A stretch of DNA of 64,000 bases from Deltaproteobacteria bacterium (GTDB lineage: Bacteria > Myxococcota_A > Polyangia > Nannocystales > Nannocystaceae). Positions 29,750 to 39,241 of this stretch are shown one piece after another. The stretch spans positions 1,733,414 to 1,797,413 of the forward strand of contig JADJRA010000001.1 of assembly GCA_016712475.1 (NCBI GenBank), written 5' to 3'. The first letter of the stretch is position 1, and each line of letters begins with the position of its first letter. The notes below the pieces were generated by a model that worked only from the letters and a program-made list of their open reading frames with translations, was not told the origin of the DNA and made no database searches. The position numbers and the translations under genes were made by a program.

Positions 29750-30165
29750 AGCCAGCCCGCATTCTGCTCGTCGAGGACAACCCCGGCGATCTCGAGCTCA
29801 CGATCGACGCGTTGGCCGACAGCGACCTCGTGCTCGACGTCTCGTCCGCCATCGACGGTGCAGACGCACTCAACCTCCTTCGCCGACTCGTCGCCTCCGG
29901 CGAGGGCTTGCCCGATCTGGTCGTGCTCGATCTCAACCTCCCGAAGCTCGACGGGCGCGAGGTACTCGCGGCGATCCGTTCGACGCCCGAGCTGCGCACG
30001 CTGCCAGTGGTCGTGCTCTCCTCCTCGGACGCCGAACGTGATGTGCTCGAGAGCTACGCCGCCGGCGCCAACTGCTACGTCACCAAGCCGGTGGATCTCG
30101 CGGGCTTCCAGAGTGCTGTGCGTTCGATCGGCGGTTTCTGGTTGAGCGTCGTCCGACTACCGTGA
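29746..30165 (+). CDS. Single-domain response regulator (CheY-like receiver)
   Basis: ATGA overlap with the HK stop. ILLVEDNPGD...VVLDLNLPKLDG...CYVTKP. Confidence 0.85.
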   Translation: MKPARILLVEDNPGDLELTIDALADSDLVLDVSSAIDGADALNLLRRLVASGEGLPDLVVLDLNLPKLDGREVLAAIRSTPELRTLPVVVLSSSDAERDVLESYAAGANCYVTKPVDLAGFQSAVRSIGGFWLSVVRLP

Positions 30166-30406
30166 TCCGCTTCAGGGAAATCCTGGTGGTCGCTCGCTCG
30201 GGGTCGCCCTGGCCGCGGTGAGCGTGCTGGTCGTCACCAACGTCGCGCGATCCGTGGCATCCTGAAGGCGCGCCGCTCGCGTTGCACGGTCGCGGATGAA
30301 CAAACACTGCCCCGAAGGGATGCGGGCAGCGAAGCAACGAGGTCGACGAAGTTCGTCGGAGCAGGCGCCCACTTCGTCGTGCCCAGGTTCTGCGCACGAG
30401 GCCACG

Positions 30407-32299
30407 ATGCCAGGAGAGAAGACCCGAATCCTGCTGGTCGAGGACAACCCGGGTGATGCCGATCTCACCATCGAGCGACTGCACGAGGCCGGTGTCGCAG
30501 AGTTCGAGATCCGCTGCGTCTCGACCCTGCGCGAGACCATGCGCGCGCTCGCAGCCGAGCCCACCGATGCGGTGATCCTCGACCTCGACCTGCCCGACTC
30601 GCGGGGCATCGAGACCGTGTCTCGAGTGGTCGCGGCCGCTGGAACGGCGCCGGTGGTGGTGGTCTCGGGCTCGATCGACGAGAACCTGCATCGCGTCGCC
30701 CAGTCGGCCGGCGCGCACGACACGTACAGCAAGGACGAGATCCAGAGCCGACTGTTCCCACGCAGCCTGCTGCACGTGGTCGAGCGTCACCACGCCCGCG
30801 AGCGCCAGATCCAGATCGAGGCCCTGCTCGACACGACGCCCGACGCCATCGTGGTCTCCAACCGCGAGGGCGTCGTGCGCTACGTGAACGAGGCGGCGTT
30901 GGGCCTGTTCTGCCGTCGCCGCGAGGACTTCATCGGCGAGCCGCTCGGCTTCTCCGTGCACGATGGCGAGTCGACCGAGATCCGCGTCGATACCGCTGCC
31001 GGCACGAAGTCGTGTGAGCTGCGCGTGGTTGCGTTCCAGTGGCAAGGTGAAGCGGCGTTCGTGGCGGTGATCCGCGACGTCACCCAGCGGAAGTACCTCG
31101 AGGCCCAGCTGCTCATGAACGATCGCCTGGTCTCGATGGGTACGCTCGCCGCCGGCGTTGCACACGAGATCAACAACCCGCTGGCGGCGGTGGTTGCCAA
31201 CGTGACGGTTGCGATCGAGGAACTCTCGCACCTCATGCTGCGCCGCGACGTGATCGACGGCGTCATGGATGCCCTCCGCGACACCCGCGACGCCGCCGAG
31301 CAGATCCGTCAGATCGTGCGCGACCTGAAGGTCTACTCGCGCGCCGAGCCCGATGAGACCAGCTCGACCGCCTTCGAGGTCCACCACATGCTCGACGCGG
31401 TCGCACGTCTGGCGTGGCATGAGGTTCGGCAGCGCGCCCGCCTGGTCAAGGACTACGGCGGCAAGTTGGTGGTGGTCGGCAACGAGTCGCGCATGAGCCA
31501 GGTCTTCCTCAACCTCGTGATCAACGCCGCGCAGGCGATCCCGGCGGGTGCCCCGGAGTTCCACGAGATCCGCATCCGCACCGCACGCGAAGGCGACGGC
31601 CGGGTCGTCGTCGAGGTTCGTGACACCGGCGCAGGCATTCCGCTCGAGGTGCGTCCGCGCCTGTTCACGCCGTTCGTCACGACCAAGCCGATCGGCTCGG
31701 GCACCGGCTTGGGCCTGGCGATCTGCCAGCGCATCGTCACCGCCGCGGGCGGAAGGATCGACTACGAGAGTCAGCTCGGGGTCGGCACGTCGTTCTTCGT
31801 ACGCCTGCAGGCCGTCGACGACGCGGCGGCGAGGGCCGCCGACGTCGAGGGCCGCGGTCACGACGATGGCCCACCGCCGGCCGCGGCGCTGCGCCCCACG
31901 AAGCGCGGCCGCGTGCTCGCGATCGACGACGAGGCGTTGGTGCTCACGACCCTCGAGCGCGCGCTCGGTCGCGTGCACGAGGTCGTCTGCGAGAGCCGTG
32001 CAACCAACGCGCTGGCGCGGATCGAGGCCGGCGAGCGCTTCGACGTCATCCTGTGCGACATCATGATGCCCGAGATGACCGGGATCGAGTTCGCGACCGC
32101 GCTCGAGATCTCGGTGCCGGAGCAGGCGCAGCGCATCGTCTTCGTCACCGGCGGCGCCCTGCAGGCCGACGCGCAGAACTTCCTCGAACAGACCGAGTAC
32201 ATCCGCATCGAGAAGCCGTTCGACCTGTCGATGCTGCGAGCGGTGATGCAGCGGTTCTTGGCCGTTGGATTCGGCGACCAGGTCGTTGGCGACGCGTGA
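30407..32299 (+). CDS. Hybrid sensor histidine kinase (REC-PAS-HisKA-HATPase-REC)
   Basis: ATG at 30407 (MPGEKTRILLVEDNPGD). PAS domain. HEINNPLAAV H-box. HATPase G-boxes. C-terminal receiver (VLAIDDE...ILCDIMMPEMTG...). Confidence 0.85.
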   Translation: MPGEKTRILLVEDNPGDADLTIERLHEAGVAEFEIRCVSTLRETMRALAAEPTDAVILDLDLPDSRGIETVSRVVAAAGTAPVVVVSGSIDENLHRVAQSAGAHDTYSKDEIQSRLFPRSLLHVVERHHARERQIQIEALLDTTPDAIVVSNREGVVRYVNEAALGLFCRRREDFIGEPLGFSVHDGESTEIRVDTAAGTKSCELRVVAFQWQGEAAFVAVIRDVTQRKYLEAQLLMNDRLVSMGTLAAGVAHEINNPLAAVVANVTVAIEELSHLMLRRDVIDGVMDALRDTRDAAEQIRQIVRDLKVYSRAEPDETSSTAFEVHHMLDAVARLAWHEVRQRARLVKDYGGKLVVVGNESRMSQVFLNLVINAAQAIPAGAPEFHEIRIRTAREGDGRVVVEVRDTGAGIPLEVRPRLFTPFVTTKPIGSGTGLGLAICQRIVTAAGGRIDYESQLGVGTSFFVRLQAVDDAAARAADVEGRGHDDGPPPAAALRPTKRGRVLAIDDEALVLTTLERALGRVHEVVCESRATNALARIEAGERFDVILCDIMMPEMTGIEFATALEISVPEQAQRIVFVTGGALQADAQNFLEQTEYIRIEKPFDLSMLRAVMQRFLAVGFGDQVVGDA

Positions 32300-32360
32300 G
32301 CCGCGAGGCGCCGGGCCGCAAAGGTCGCGGGTGAGCGCCTTCGCGTTCGCACTTTGGGCG

Positions 32361-33167
32361 TCAGCCGTCGCCCGCGGCGTCGGGCAGGCAGTACGCCGTG
32401 TCGCCGACCGGCGTGCAGACGTCGGTACCGTCGCACGACGGCACCTCGAGATCGCAGCTCGGCGCGCAGACGGCGACGACCATGGGCTCGATCACCGCGC
32501 AGGTCCCCGTGCCCGCGCACTCGGGCTCGGAGCTACTGCCGCGGCACTGCTCGACACACACGCCCGTCGACGCCTCGGCGTCGAGCACCCAACAGAAGGC
32601 ACCGAACGCACAGTCGTCGACGCCGCTTTGCGGCTGGCCCTCGACGTGACACGGCTCGCCGATGTCGCTGGCGTCGGGCTGCACGGGGCTGCAGCGCGCC
32701 CGGTTCCAGGTGTCGCCGCCGTCGTTCGCCCACGGCTGGCACTTCTCGTCCGCGGGGCAATCCTGCGCGAACACGTCGCACTCCACCAACGCGCCACCGA
32801 GATCCGGTGCGCCATAGATGAAGCCACCCGCGGTCATGTCGGTGTCGAGCTCGGAGGTCGACGAGTCGACGCCGCTGTCCGAGAGCGTGGAGGCCGAGCC
32901 CTCGGTCGCCGTCGGCGCGCTCGTGCTCGACATGCCCTGCGTCGCATCGCCAGCCGAGGTCTCCGTGCTGGCGGAATCGCCCCCCGAGTCGCCGCCCTGC
33001 GGTTCTCCGCAGGCGAACAACATCGTCGAGATCGCCACCACTGCGATCGCCGGTGCAGAGGCCACGACGACGCGGCCCACCGGTGCACGACAGAACGGAC
33101 ACACCAACTCGCGCATCGCCACGTGCCGCCGACACCCACCACACCGCTGCATGATCTCACCCATCAC
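32361..33167 (-). CDS. Zinc-ribbon / single-TM / extracytoplasmic Cys-rich domain protein, coupled to the rSAM-SPASM gene
   Basis: ATG at 33167 overlaps the rSAM stop (ATGA). N-terminal CGGC-x12-CPFC, then TM helix VVVASAPAIAVVAISTMLFA. About 150 aa with 22 Cys (ECDVFAQDCPADEKCQPW...). Confidence 0.6.
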   Translation of the reverse strand: MMGEIMQRCGGCRRHVAMRELVCPFCRAPVGRVVVASAPAIAVVAISTMLFACGEPQGGDSGGDSASTETSAGDATQGMSSTSAPTATEGSASTLSDSGVDSSTSELDTDMTAGGFIYGAPDLGGALVECDVFAQDCPADEKCQPWANDGGDTWNRARCSPVQPDASDIGEPCHVEGQPQSGVDDCAFGAFCWVLDAEASTGVCVEQCRGSSSEPECAGTGTCAVIEPMVVAVCAPSCDLEVPSCDGTDVCTPVGDTAYCLPDAAGDG

Positions 33168-34522
33168 GTTGCCATCCCTTCGAGTCCATCCTCGGAGACA
33201 CCGACTTCGATTGTGTGACCCGGCCCCGAAGGGTCGCGGTCGCGTCCGGTGCGGGGCTCATCGATCTGCACCGGCCCGGCGGCCCGCAGCGCCGGATCGG
33301 TGTGCTCGCGAATCAAGCGGAAGAGGCCGTGCGCGAAGGCCTCTGGGCCCGCCGCCGCAACCTGTTCGACGCGCTCGCGCAGCCCCATGCGGTCGAGCTC
33401 GAGCGCGCGATGATGACAGTAGGGGTTGTTGCCGGGGCGCCCGAGCAACGGCTCGCTGGTCGCCGTGCAACCGGCCATGCAAGTCGAGGCGTAGTAGCAC
33501 TCGCGGCAGTAGCCCCACAGGTCGTCGAGCGTGCGGCGCTCCACGTAACGCATCGGCTCGGCGCCTTCCCACAGCGCGCGCAGCCCGTGCTCGCGCCAGC
33601 TGCCCCCGGTGTTGGTCGGCCCGCCCAGGCTCGGACAGCTCTTGATCGCGCCGTCGGCTTCGATTCCGATGCCGGTGAGGCCGGCCTGACAGCCACGATA
33701 GTGGGCGCCCTGGTTCTGCGACTGGCGCAGCTCGTGCTCGACCGGGCCGAAGTAGCCGAGGTTGTTGCCCGGCCAGATCCGGATGCCGCGTGCGCGTGCG
33801 CGCGGGATCATCTCGTCGAGCATCGCGAAGACCTCGAGCAGGTCGTAGGGCTGCAGCAACAGCTCGGGGTGATCCGCTGCGTTGCCGTGCGGCATCGTCA
33901 AGAACATCTGCCACGCGCGCACCCCCGCGTCGGCGAGCAGCTCGGCGAGCGCGGGCAGATCGTGGCGGCTCTTGGCGTTGATCTGGCTGTTCGCCCCCGT
34001 CGAGATGCCCGCGGCCTGGGCATGGCGAAGCGCCGCAAAGGCGCGGCGCCATCCACCGGGCGTACCGCGCAACGCGTCGTGGCTGGCTTCGAGCCCGTCG
34101 ATCGACACCGACACGAACTGCAGACCAGCCTCGACCAGCGCGTCCGCACGGGCGCGAGTGAGATTGAGCCCACCGGTGACCATCGATGCCTTCATGCCGG
34201 CCTGCCGAATCGCCCGGATCACGAGCAACACGTCGGCACGCAGGTAGGCCTCGCCGCCGATCAGGTCGACCTCACCGACACCGAGCTGGGCGAGCTCTTC
34301 GACGAGCTTCAACGCCTCGTCGGTGGTGAGCTCGTCGGGCCGAGCACGACCCGCGCGTGGCCCACACGCGACGCACTTCTGATCGCACGCGAGCGTGAAC
34401 TCCCAGACCGCGAGCTTCGGCGTCGGTCGCTCGCCCGGCGCCAGCGGTCGAGCCCAACGCGTACCCGAACGCGGCAACGATGCGACGATCGGAAGCCGAC
34501 GCCGCATCTGCTCGAACCCCAT
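33164..34522 (-). CDS. Radical SAM enzyme with C-terminal SPASM domain (peptide/protein-modifying maturase-type)
   Basis: CDQKCVACG is the CxxxCxxC radical-SAM cluster. SPASM Cys pattern CPSLGG...CRECYYASTCMAGC...YCHH. Candidate starts are ATG 34522, ATG 34507 and GTG 34555. Confidence 0.85.
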   Translation of the reverse strand: MGFEQMRRRLPIVASLPRSGTRWARPLAPGERPTPKLAVWEFTLACDQKCVACGPRAGRARPDELTTDEALKLVEELAQLGVGEVDLIGGEAYLRADVLLVIRAIRQAGMKASMVTGGLNLTRARADALVEAGLQFVSVSIDGLEASHDALRGTPGGWRRAFAALRHAQAAGISTGANSQINAKSRHDLPALAELLADAGVRAWQMFLTMPHGNAADHPELLLQPYDLLEVFAMLDEMIPRARARGIRIWPGNNLGYFGPVEHELRQSQNQGAHYRGCQAGLTGIGIEADGAIKSCPSLGGPTNTGGSWREHGLRALWEGAEPMRYVERRTLDDLWGYCRECYYASTCMAGCTATSEPLLGRPGNNPYCHHRALELDRMGLRERVEQVAAAGPEAFAHGLFRLIREHTDPALRAAGPVQIDEPRTGRDRDPSGPGHTIEVGVSEDGLEGMAT

Positions 34523-34551
34523 CGATGACGATGGTGAACGCGCCACCGGGA

Positions 34552-34629
34552 TCACGCAAGCGTTTTGTTCGCTAAGTTGGCAAAGCTTGAGTTGGTTCGC
34601 AGTCCGCCGCGAACTTTCGAAAAGTTCAT
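34552..34629 (-). CDS. Candidate 25-aa precursor-like peptide ORF upstream of the rSAM/SPASM gene (speculative)
   Basis: Minus strand reads gtGAGGcctatcgc ATG AAC TTT TCG AAA GTT CGC GGC GGA CTG CGA ACC AAC TCA AGC TTT GCC AAC TTA GCG AAC AAA ACG CTT GCG TGA, i.e. MNFSKVRGGLRTNSSFANLANKTLA. GAGG Shine-Dalgarno ~10 nt upstream. The stop is 30 nt before the rSAM ATG. Sits in the only ~50% GC stretch of the window. GC3 is only ~60%, and a GAACTTT-N3-AAAGTTC palindrome overlaps codons 2-6, so this may instead be a regulatory site. Confidence 0.25.
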   Translation of the reverse strand: MNFSKVRGGLRTNSSFANLANKTLA

Positions 34630-34892
34630 GCGATAGGCCTCACAAAGTCGGAGATCTTTTTGCGGATCGGCAGGCGACGCGGCCGGTCTATCCGTCCCGC
34701 GGCAGCGGGGGTCTGCCATCGGCCCTCGCAAGCTCGCGCCCGCGCATCGGGACCGACGGTGCGATCGCGAACGCGGGCCCGATGAACTCGATTCGACCCG
34801 CGAAGCTGTGGTGTCGCCGTGGGGGCAGCGACCTCGCGCGCTCGCGAGGATGCGTGCACGCGAGGATCACATCGTGCCGTACGAGCAGTTCA

Positions 34893-34924
34893 CCTTCGCT
34901 TGTGTCCGCGCGGACACAAGCGAA
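34893..34924. promoter_or_regulatory. Perfect 32-bp palindrome (16+16, no spacer), candidate operator
   Basis: cttcgcttgtgtccgc|gcggacacaagcgaag. Lies 58 bp upstream of the hydrolase lipoprotein ATG (34982), in the divergent region shared with the rSAM operon. Confidence 0.5.
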
Positions 34925-34981
34925 GGCGCACGTGCGGATCGCGGCACCGACGGACGAGCGCTGATAACCTCGGCGACGCTG

Positions 34982-37279
34982 ATGCTCGGATCTCGCGCCG
35001 CCATTCTCCTCGTCGCGTTCTCCTTCGGCTGCCACTCCGACGGCGGCGGCACGGCCGTCGGCGACAGCACCGGCACCACCGCGGCGGGATCGACCTCCAC
35101 CACCGCGGGCAGCAGCGACGCCGCCAGCGACAGCGGCGGCGGCACGCCCATCGATCCCGAGTCGCTCGGCCACAGCTGCGTGGTCGTGCGGGGCGGTGAC
35201 ACCTGGCTCGCGCGCAGCGGCGATGCGTTCGGCTTCTCCGCGACCGCGGCCGCCGACGCCACATCATTCCGCCTGCAGCCGTCGGACCTCGCGACCTACC
35301 TGCTCTACGACGCCGAGCGCGGCTACCTCGTGGCCGAGGACGGCCCCTTGCTGCGCCAGACCCAGCTCGAGTCGGACCTCACGCGGGTCGACGACGATTA
35401 CGTCTCGGGCGCCGAGTGGATCGTCGAGCCCGCCGCCGGTGCGACCGTGCACCTGCGCAACCGTCGAACCGATCGCCTGCTCGGCGCGAGCGGACTGGTC
35501 GACGACGAGGCGAGCGCGCTGGCGATTGCGCTCGATGCCGGCGACGGCTGCACCGACCACCCCGAGCTCACGCTCGACGCCACCGGCACCCCCACCAAGA
35601 CCACCTTCGACGACGGCACCGTCTACGGCATCGTCGACACGCACTCGCACATCCTCTCGAACTTCGGCTTCGGCGGCGGCGGCATCTTCCACGGCGCGCC
35701 GTTCCACCGCTTGGGCATCGAGCATGCGCTCGCCGACTGTGCGCCATTCCACGGCGAGAACGGTCGCAAGGACTTCTTCGGCTACGCGTTCGACTCGGCG
35801 GGCGCCGACGGTGCCGACATCGCCTCGGTCATCCCCGATCTGATCGCCGGCTCGCTCTCGGTCGACGCCCACGCCACCGCCGGCTACCCCACGTTCACCG
35901 AGTGGCCCAGCGCGCCGACCCGGTCGACCCATCAGATGCAGTACTACAAGTGGCTCGAGCGCGCATGGCTGGGCGGGCTTCGGCTGGTCGTGCAGCACGC
36001 CACCACCAACTCGGCGATCTGCCACATGATCGCCGGCCAGGGCCTGCAGCCGGTGCGCTACTCGTGCGAAGACATGGTCGCCGTCGATCGCATCATCGAC
36101 GAGACCTACGCGCTCGAGCGCTACATCGACGCGCAATCCGGCGGCAGCGGCAAGGGCTGGTTCCGCGTGGTCACGACCCCCGCCGACGCTCGCGAGGTGA
36201 TCGCCGCCGGCAAGCTCGCGGTGGTGCTCGGCATCGAGACCTCGGATCTGTTCGACTGCCGGCTGGTGCCGCGCGAGGGCGGCCCGACCTGCGACGCCGA
36301 CTTCCTGCGCGCACAGCTCGACGCCTACCGCGACCGCGGCGTGCGGGCGGTGTTCCCCGTGCACAAGTACGACAACGCGTTCGGCCCCGTCGATGGCGAC
36401 CGCGCGTTCATCGAGCTCGGCAACTTCTTCAACTCCGGTCACTGGTCGAACTTCACGCAGGAGTGCCCGGCGGAGCGCCCGGCTCGCTTCGACAACGGTG
36501 ACGTGCAGTTCGGCGGCCTCAACATGCCGCGCGAGCAGTTCGATGCGCCGCCGCCGATCGACTTCAGCAACTTCCCGGGCGCACCGCTCGCGACCGCCCT
36601 GCCCTACATCAACGCGATCTCGGCGCCTGCGCTGGTCGGCGACTACTGCCAGAACGCGAGCATGACGACGCTCGGCGAGACGCTCATGCGCGAGATGATG
36701 CTGCGCGGGATGATCATCGAGATCGATCACTTGCCGCAGTGGTCGTACCAGCGGGCCTTCGAGCTGCTCGAGGAGAACGACTACCCCGCGGTCGGCTCGC
36801 ACGGCGGCACCTACGACGGCCGGCTCTACGAGCTCGGCGGCGTGTCGAAGACCGGCCTCGGCGAGTGCCGCGAAGACACCCCCGGCGCGATGACGCAGCG
36901 CCTGCGCGATCGCATCGAAGAGATCGTCGCGCATGGTGGCTATCCCGCCGAGGGCTTCGGCTTCGACCTCAACGGCTTCGCCGGCGCGCCCGGTGGGCGC
37001 TTCGAGGCCGGCGCCTGCGCGACGGCACAGGCCGATCCCGTCACCTACCCGTTCACCTCCTTCGCCGGCGACGTCGAGTTCACGCAGCCGATGCTCGGCG
37101 AGCGCGTCGTCGACTACGCCAACGAGGGCTTCGTACACATTGGGATGCTGCCCGAGATGCTCGAGGACGCCCGCCGCGACGCCACCTCCGACGACGATCT
37201 CGAGCCGCTGTTCCACTCCGCCGAGGGCTACCTCCGCATGTGGGAACGGGCCGAGCAGCGCGCGGGCGAGCTGCAGTGA
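34982..37279 (+). CDS. Lipoprotein, putative metal-dependent hydrolase (amidohydrolase/dipeptidase-like)
   Basis: MLGSRAAILLVAFSFGCHSD (lipobox FSFGC). Gly/Thr-rich linker. IVDTHSHILSNFG (DxHxH-type metal site), PVHKYDN and IEIDHLP motifs. 765 aa. Confidence 0.6.
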   Translation: MLGSRAAILLVAFSFGCHSDGGGTAVGDSTGTTAAGSTSTTAGSSDAASDSGGGTPIDPESLGHSCVVVRGGDTWLARSGDAFGFSATAAADATSFRLQPSDLATYLLYDAERGYLVAEDGPLLRQTQLESDLTRVDDDYVSGAEWIVEPAAGATVHLRNRRTDRLLGASGLVDDEASALAIALDAGDGCTDHPELTLDATGTPTKTTFDDGTVYGIVDTHSHILSNFGFGGGGIFHGAPFHRLGIEHALADCAPFHGENGRKDFFGYAFDSAGADGADIASVIPDLIAGSLSVDAHATAGYPTFTEWPSAPTRSTHQMQYYKWLERAWLGGLRLVVQHATTNSAICHMIAGQGLQPVRYSCEDMVAVDRIIDETYALERYIDAQSGGSGKGWFRVVTTPADAREVIAAGKLAVVLGIETSDLFDCRLVPREGGPTCDADFLRAQLDAYRDRGVRAVFPVHKYDNAFGPVDGDRAFIELGNFFNSGHWSNFTQECPAERPARFDNGDVQFGGLNMPREQFDAPPPIDFSNFPGAPLATALPYINAISAPALVGDYCQNASMTTLGETLMREMMLRGMIIEIDHLPQWSYQRAFELLEENDYPAVGSHGGTYDGRLYELGGVSKTGLGECREDTPGAMTQRLRDRIEEIVAHGGYPAEGFGFDLNGFAGAPGGRFEAGACATAQADPVTYPFTSFAGDVEFTQPMLGERVVDYANEGFVHIGMLPEMLEDARRDATSDDDLEPLFHSAEGYLRMWERAEQRAGELQ

Positions 37280-37299
37280 GCGACGCTGAGGCCGTCGCC

Positions 37300-37740
<441 letters not shown>

Positions 37741-38137
37741 GTGTGGGAGGGGGACGACGCGAGCCGCGGGGCCAGGCCGGCGCTTCGGGGGAGGCGTGGG
37801 CGGCATGGGGGCGGCACGCTCGCCTGAGAGGCGGCGAGGGGGTGGCGCGGCAGTGGCAGGCACTCAGGACACGGGGGGAGGCCAGGACGGGCCGCGCGAC
37901 CGCGGTAGAGGGGGGGGGCAGCGCGAACACCGGCGCGCCCGGGCCACGCTCACGTCCTGCCGACACCCACTTCCGGTCGTGCTGTGCCCCGCAAGCTGCC
38001 TGCGGGCGGCAACGAGCTCTCAGAGCGCGACCGCTGGACTCGCGTCCCGCTAGGCACGAGCCTACAGCAACCGACGCGGCCCGGCCGGCGGCGGGACCGG
38101 GGGGGGGGACGTCCGCGCGGCTCGGCCGCCTACGGCC

Positions 38138-38430
38138 TGCGGGTCACCGTCTTCAACGGCCCGGTCTTCGCCGACGACGACCCCAAGTACCGCAACATCC
38201 GCCTACCGCAGCGCTTCTGGAAGATCGCGGTGCTCGTCGACGAAGATACCGACCGCCTCTCGGCCACCGGCTACCTGCTCACGCAGGTCGACGAGGTTGC
38301 CGACACCACCGACGAGTTCGTCTCGCGCGCACCACCCCAGGTGCCCGCGCTGCGGGCGGAGGTCGCGAGCAGCGACATGCGCCCGACATCGTGTTCTCGC
38401 GGTGAGACCAGCAACGCCCCGCGTCTACAC
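38138..38430 (+). CDS. C-terminal fragment of a DNA/RNA non-specific endonuclease (EndoG/NucA family); 5' part lost to the poly-G tract
   Basis: LRVTVFNGPVFADDDPKYRNIRLPQRFWKIAVLVDEDTDRLSATGYLL matches the C-terminal x-V-P-x-x-F-[FW]-K-[IV] block of Serratia-type nucleases. No start codon and no catalytic DRGH region is present. The true 3' end is uncertain. Confidence 0.3.
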
Positions 38431-38432
38431 CC

Positions 38433-39029
38433 TCACGGCTCCGGGCCCCTGTCTCGGGCCGACGGCTCACGCCATCGCGCCACCGCGGTGTACGAGCCCT
38501 CGGCCAGCTTCGCGAGATCGATCGTCACCTCGCCCGGGTGCCGCGCCACGTCGAGCACGCCCATCACCGACCCCTGGGTCGACAGGGCGATCGCGACCAG
38601 GCGGTGCACCTCGGGGATCTCCGTCACGACGATCTGGCACTCGTTCACGCCCGGCACCACCTCGACCGTCCCGAGCCCACGACTGCTCAGCTCCCATGAA
38701 CGTCCGAGCCACTTGAGCAGGCCGTTGGGGTTGCGACCGAAGATGCGCAGCGCGCCGTCGAAGAGCGCGGAATACAGACTGTTGTCGACGGAGCCGACCA
38801 CGTAGCGCCGCCAGAAGTCGAGGTACTGCTCGGTGCCCGCGATCTCGAGGTGCGCGCAGTTGATCGACACGAGCGCATCGCTCGGGATCCATGCCAGCTT
38901 GCCGCTACGGCGGATGCGCTCGACCGCCTCGGGCGCAACCGCAGCCAGCACCGCGGCCCCGTGCGGCAGCCGTTCGAGGGCCGTCAGCACCCCGTGACAG
39001 ACGGCTCCGCGAAATGCCAGCTTGGGCAC
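38433..39029 (-). CDS. Hypothetical protein (~198 aa)
   Basis: GTG at 39029 (VPKLAFRGAVCHGVLTALERLPHG...). Globular composition. Loosely similar in architecture to the 49451..50002 protein; possibly a member of a myxobacterial paralogous family. Confidence 0.4.
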   Translation of the reverse strand: MPKLAFRGAVCHGVLTALERLPHGAAVLAAVAPEAVERIRRSGKLAWIPSDALVSINCAHLEIAGTEQYLDFWRRYVVGSVDNSLYSALFDGALRIFGRNPNGLLKWLGRSWELSSRGLGTVEVVPGVNECQIVVTEIPEVHRLVAIALSTQGSVMGVLDVARHPGEVTIDLAKLAEGSYTAVARWREPSARDRGPEP

Positions 39030-39241
39030 GGCTCCGACAGTATCGCCCACAAACGCGACAACTTGAGCACCCCCTAACCCAAGAGGGGCCGCCGACGCAG
39101 CCGTGGTGCCGTACTCGAACGGGCGTCGGCATCGACCGATGACCCCTGCGGACGACGTTCCGAGTGGCCCTGCGCGAATGCATGCCGGCCTGGCGGCCGA
39201 CGCAGTGTGGGTCGAGACCGCGCGATCGGTATGCTCGTGGG

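Noticed and set aside
34575-34592. TTGGCAaagcTTGA resembling a sigma-54 -24/-12 element
   Set aside because: The GG-to-GC spacing is off by 2 nt relative to TGGCAC-N5-TTGC, and its orientation points away from the small ORF/rSAM operon.
34626-34859. 77-aa minus-strand ORF whose TGA overlaps the ATG of the 25-codon ORF
   Set aside because: Arg-rich low-complexity translation typical of spurious GC-rich ORFs. It sits in the divergent promoter region with no ribosome-binding site.
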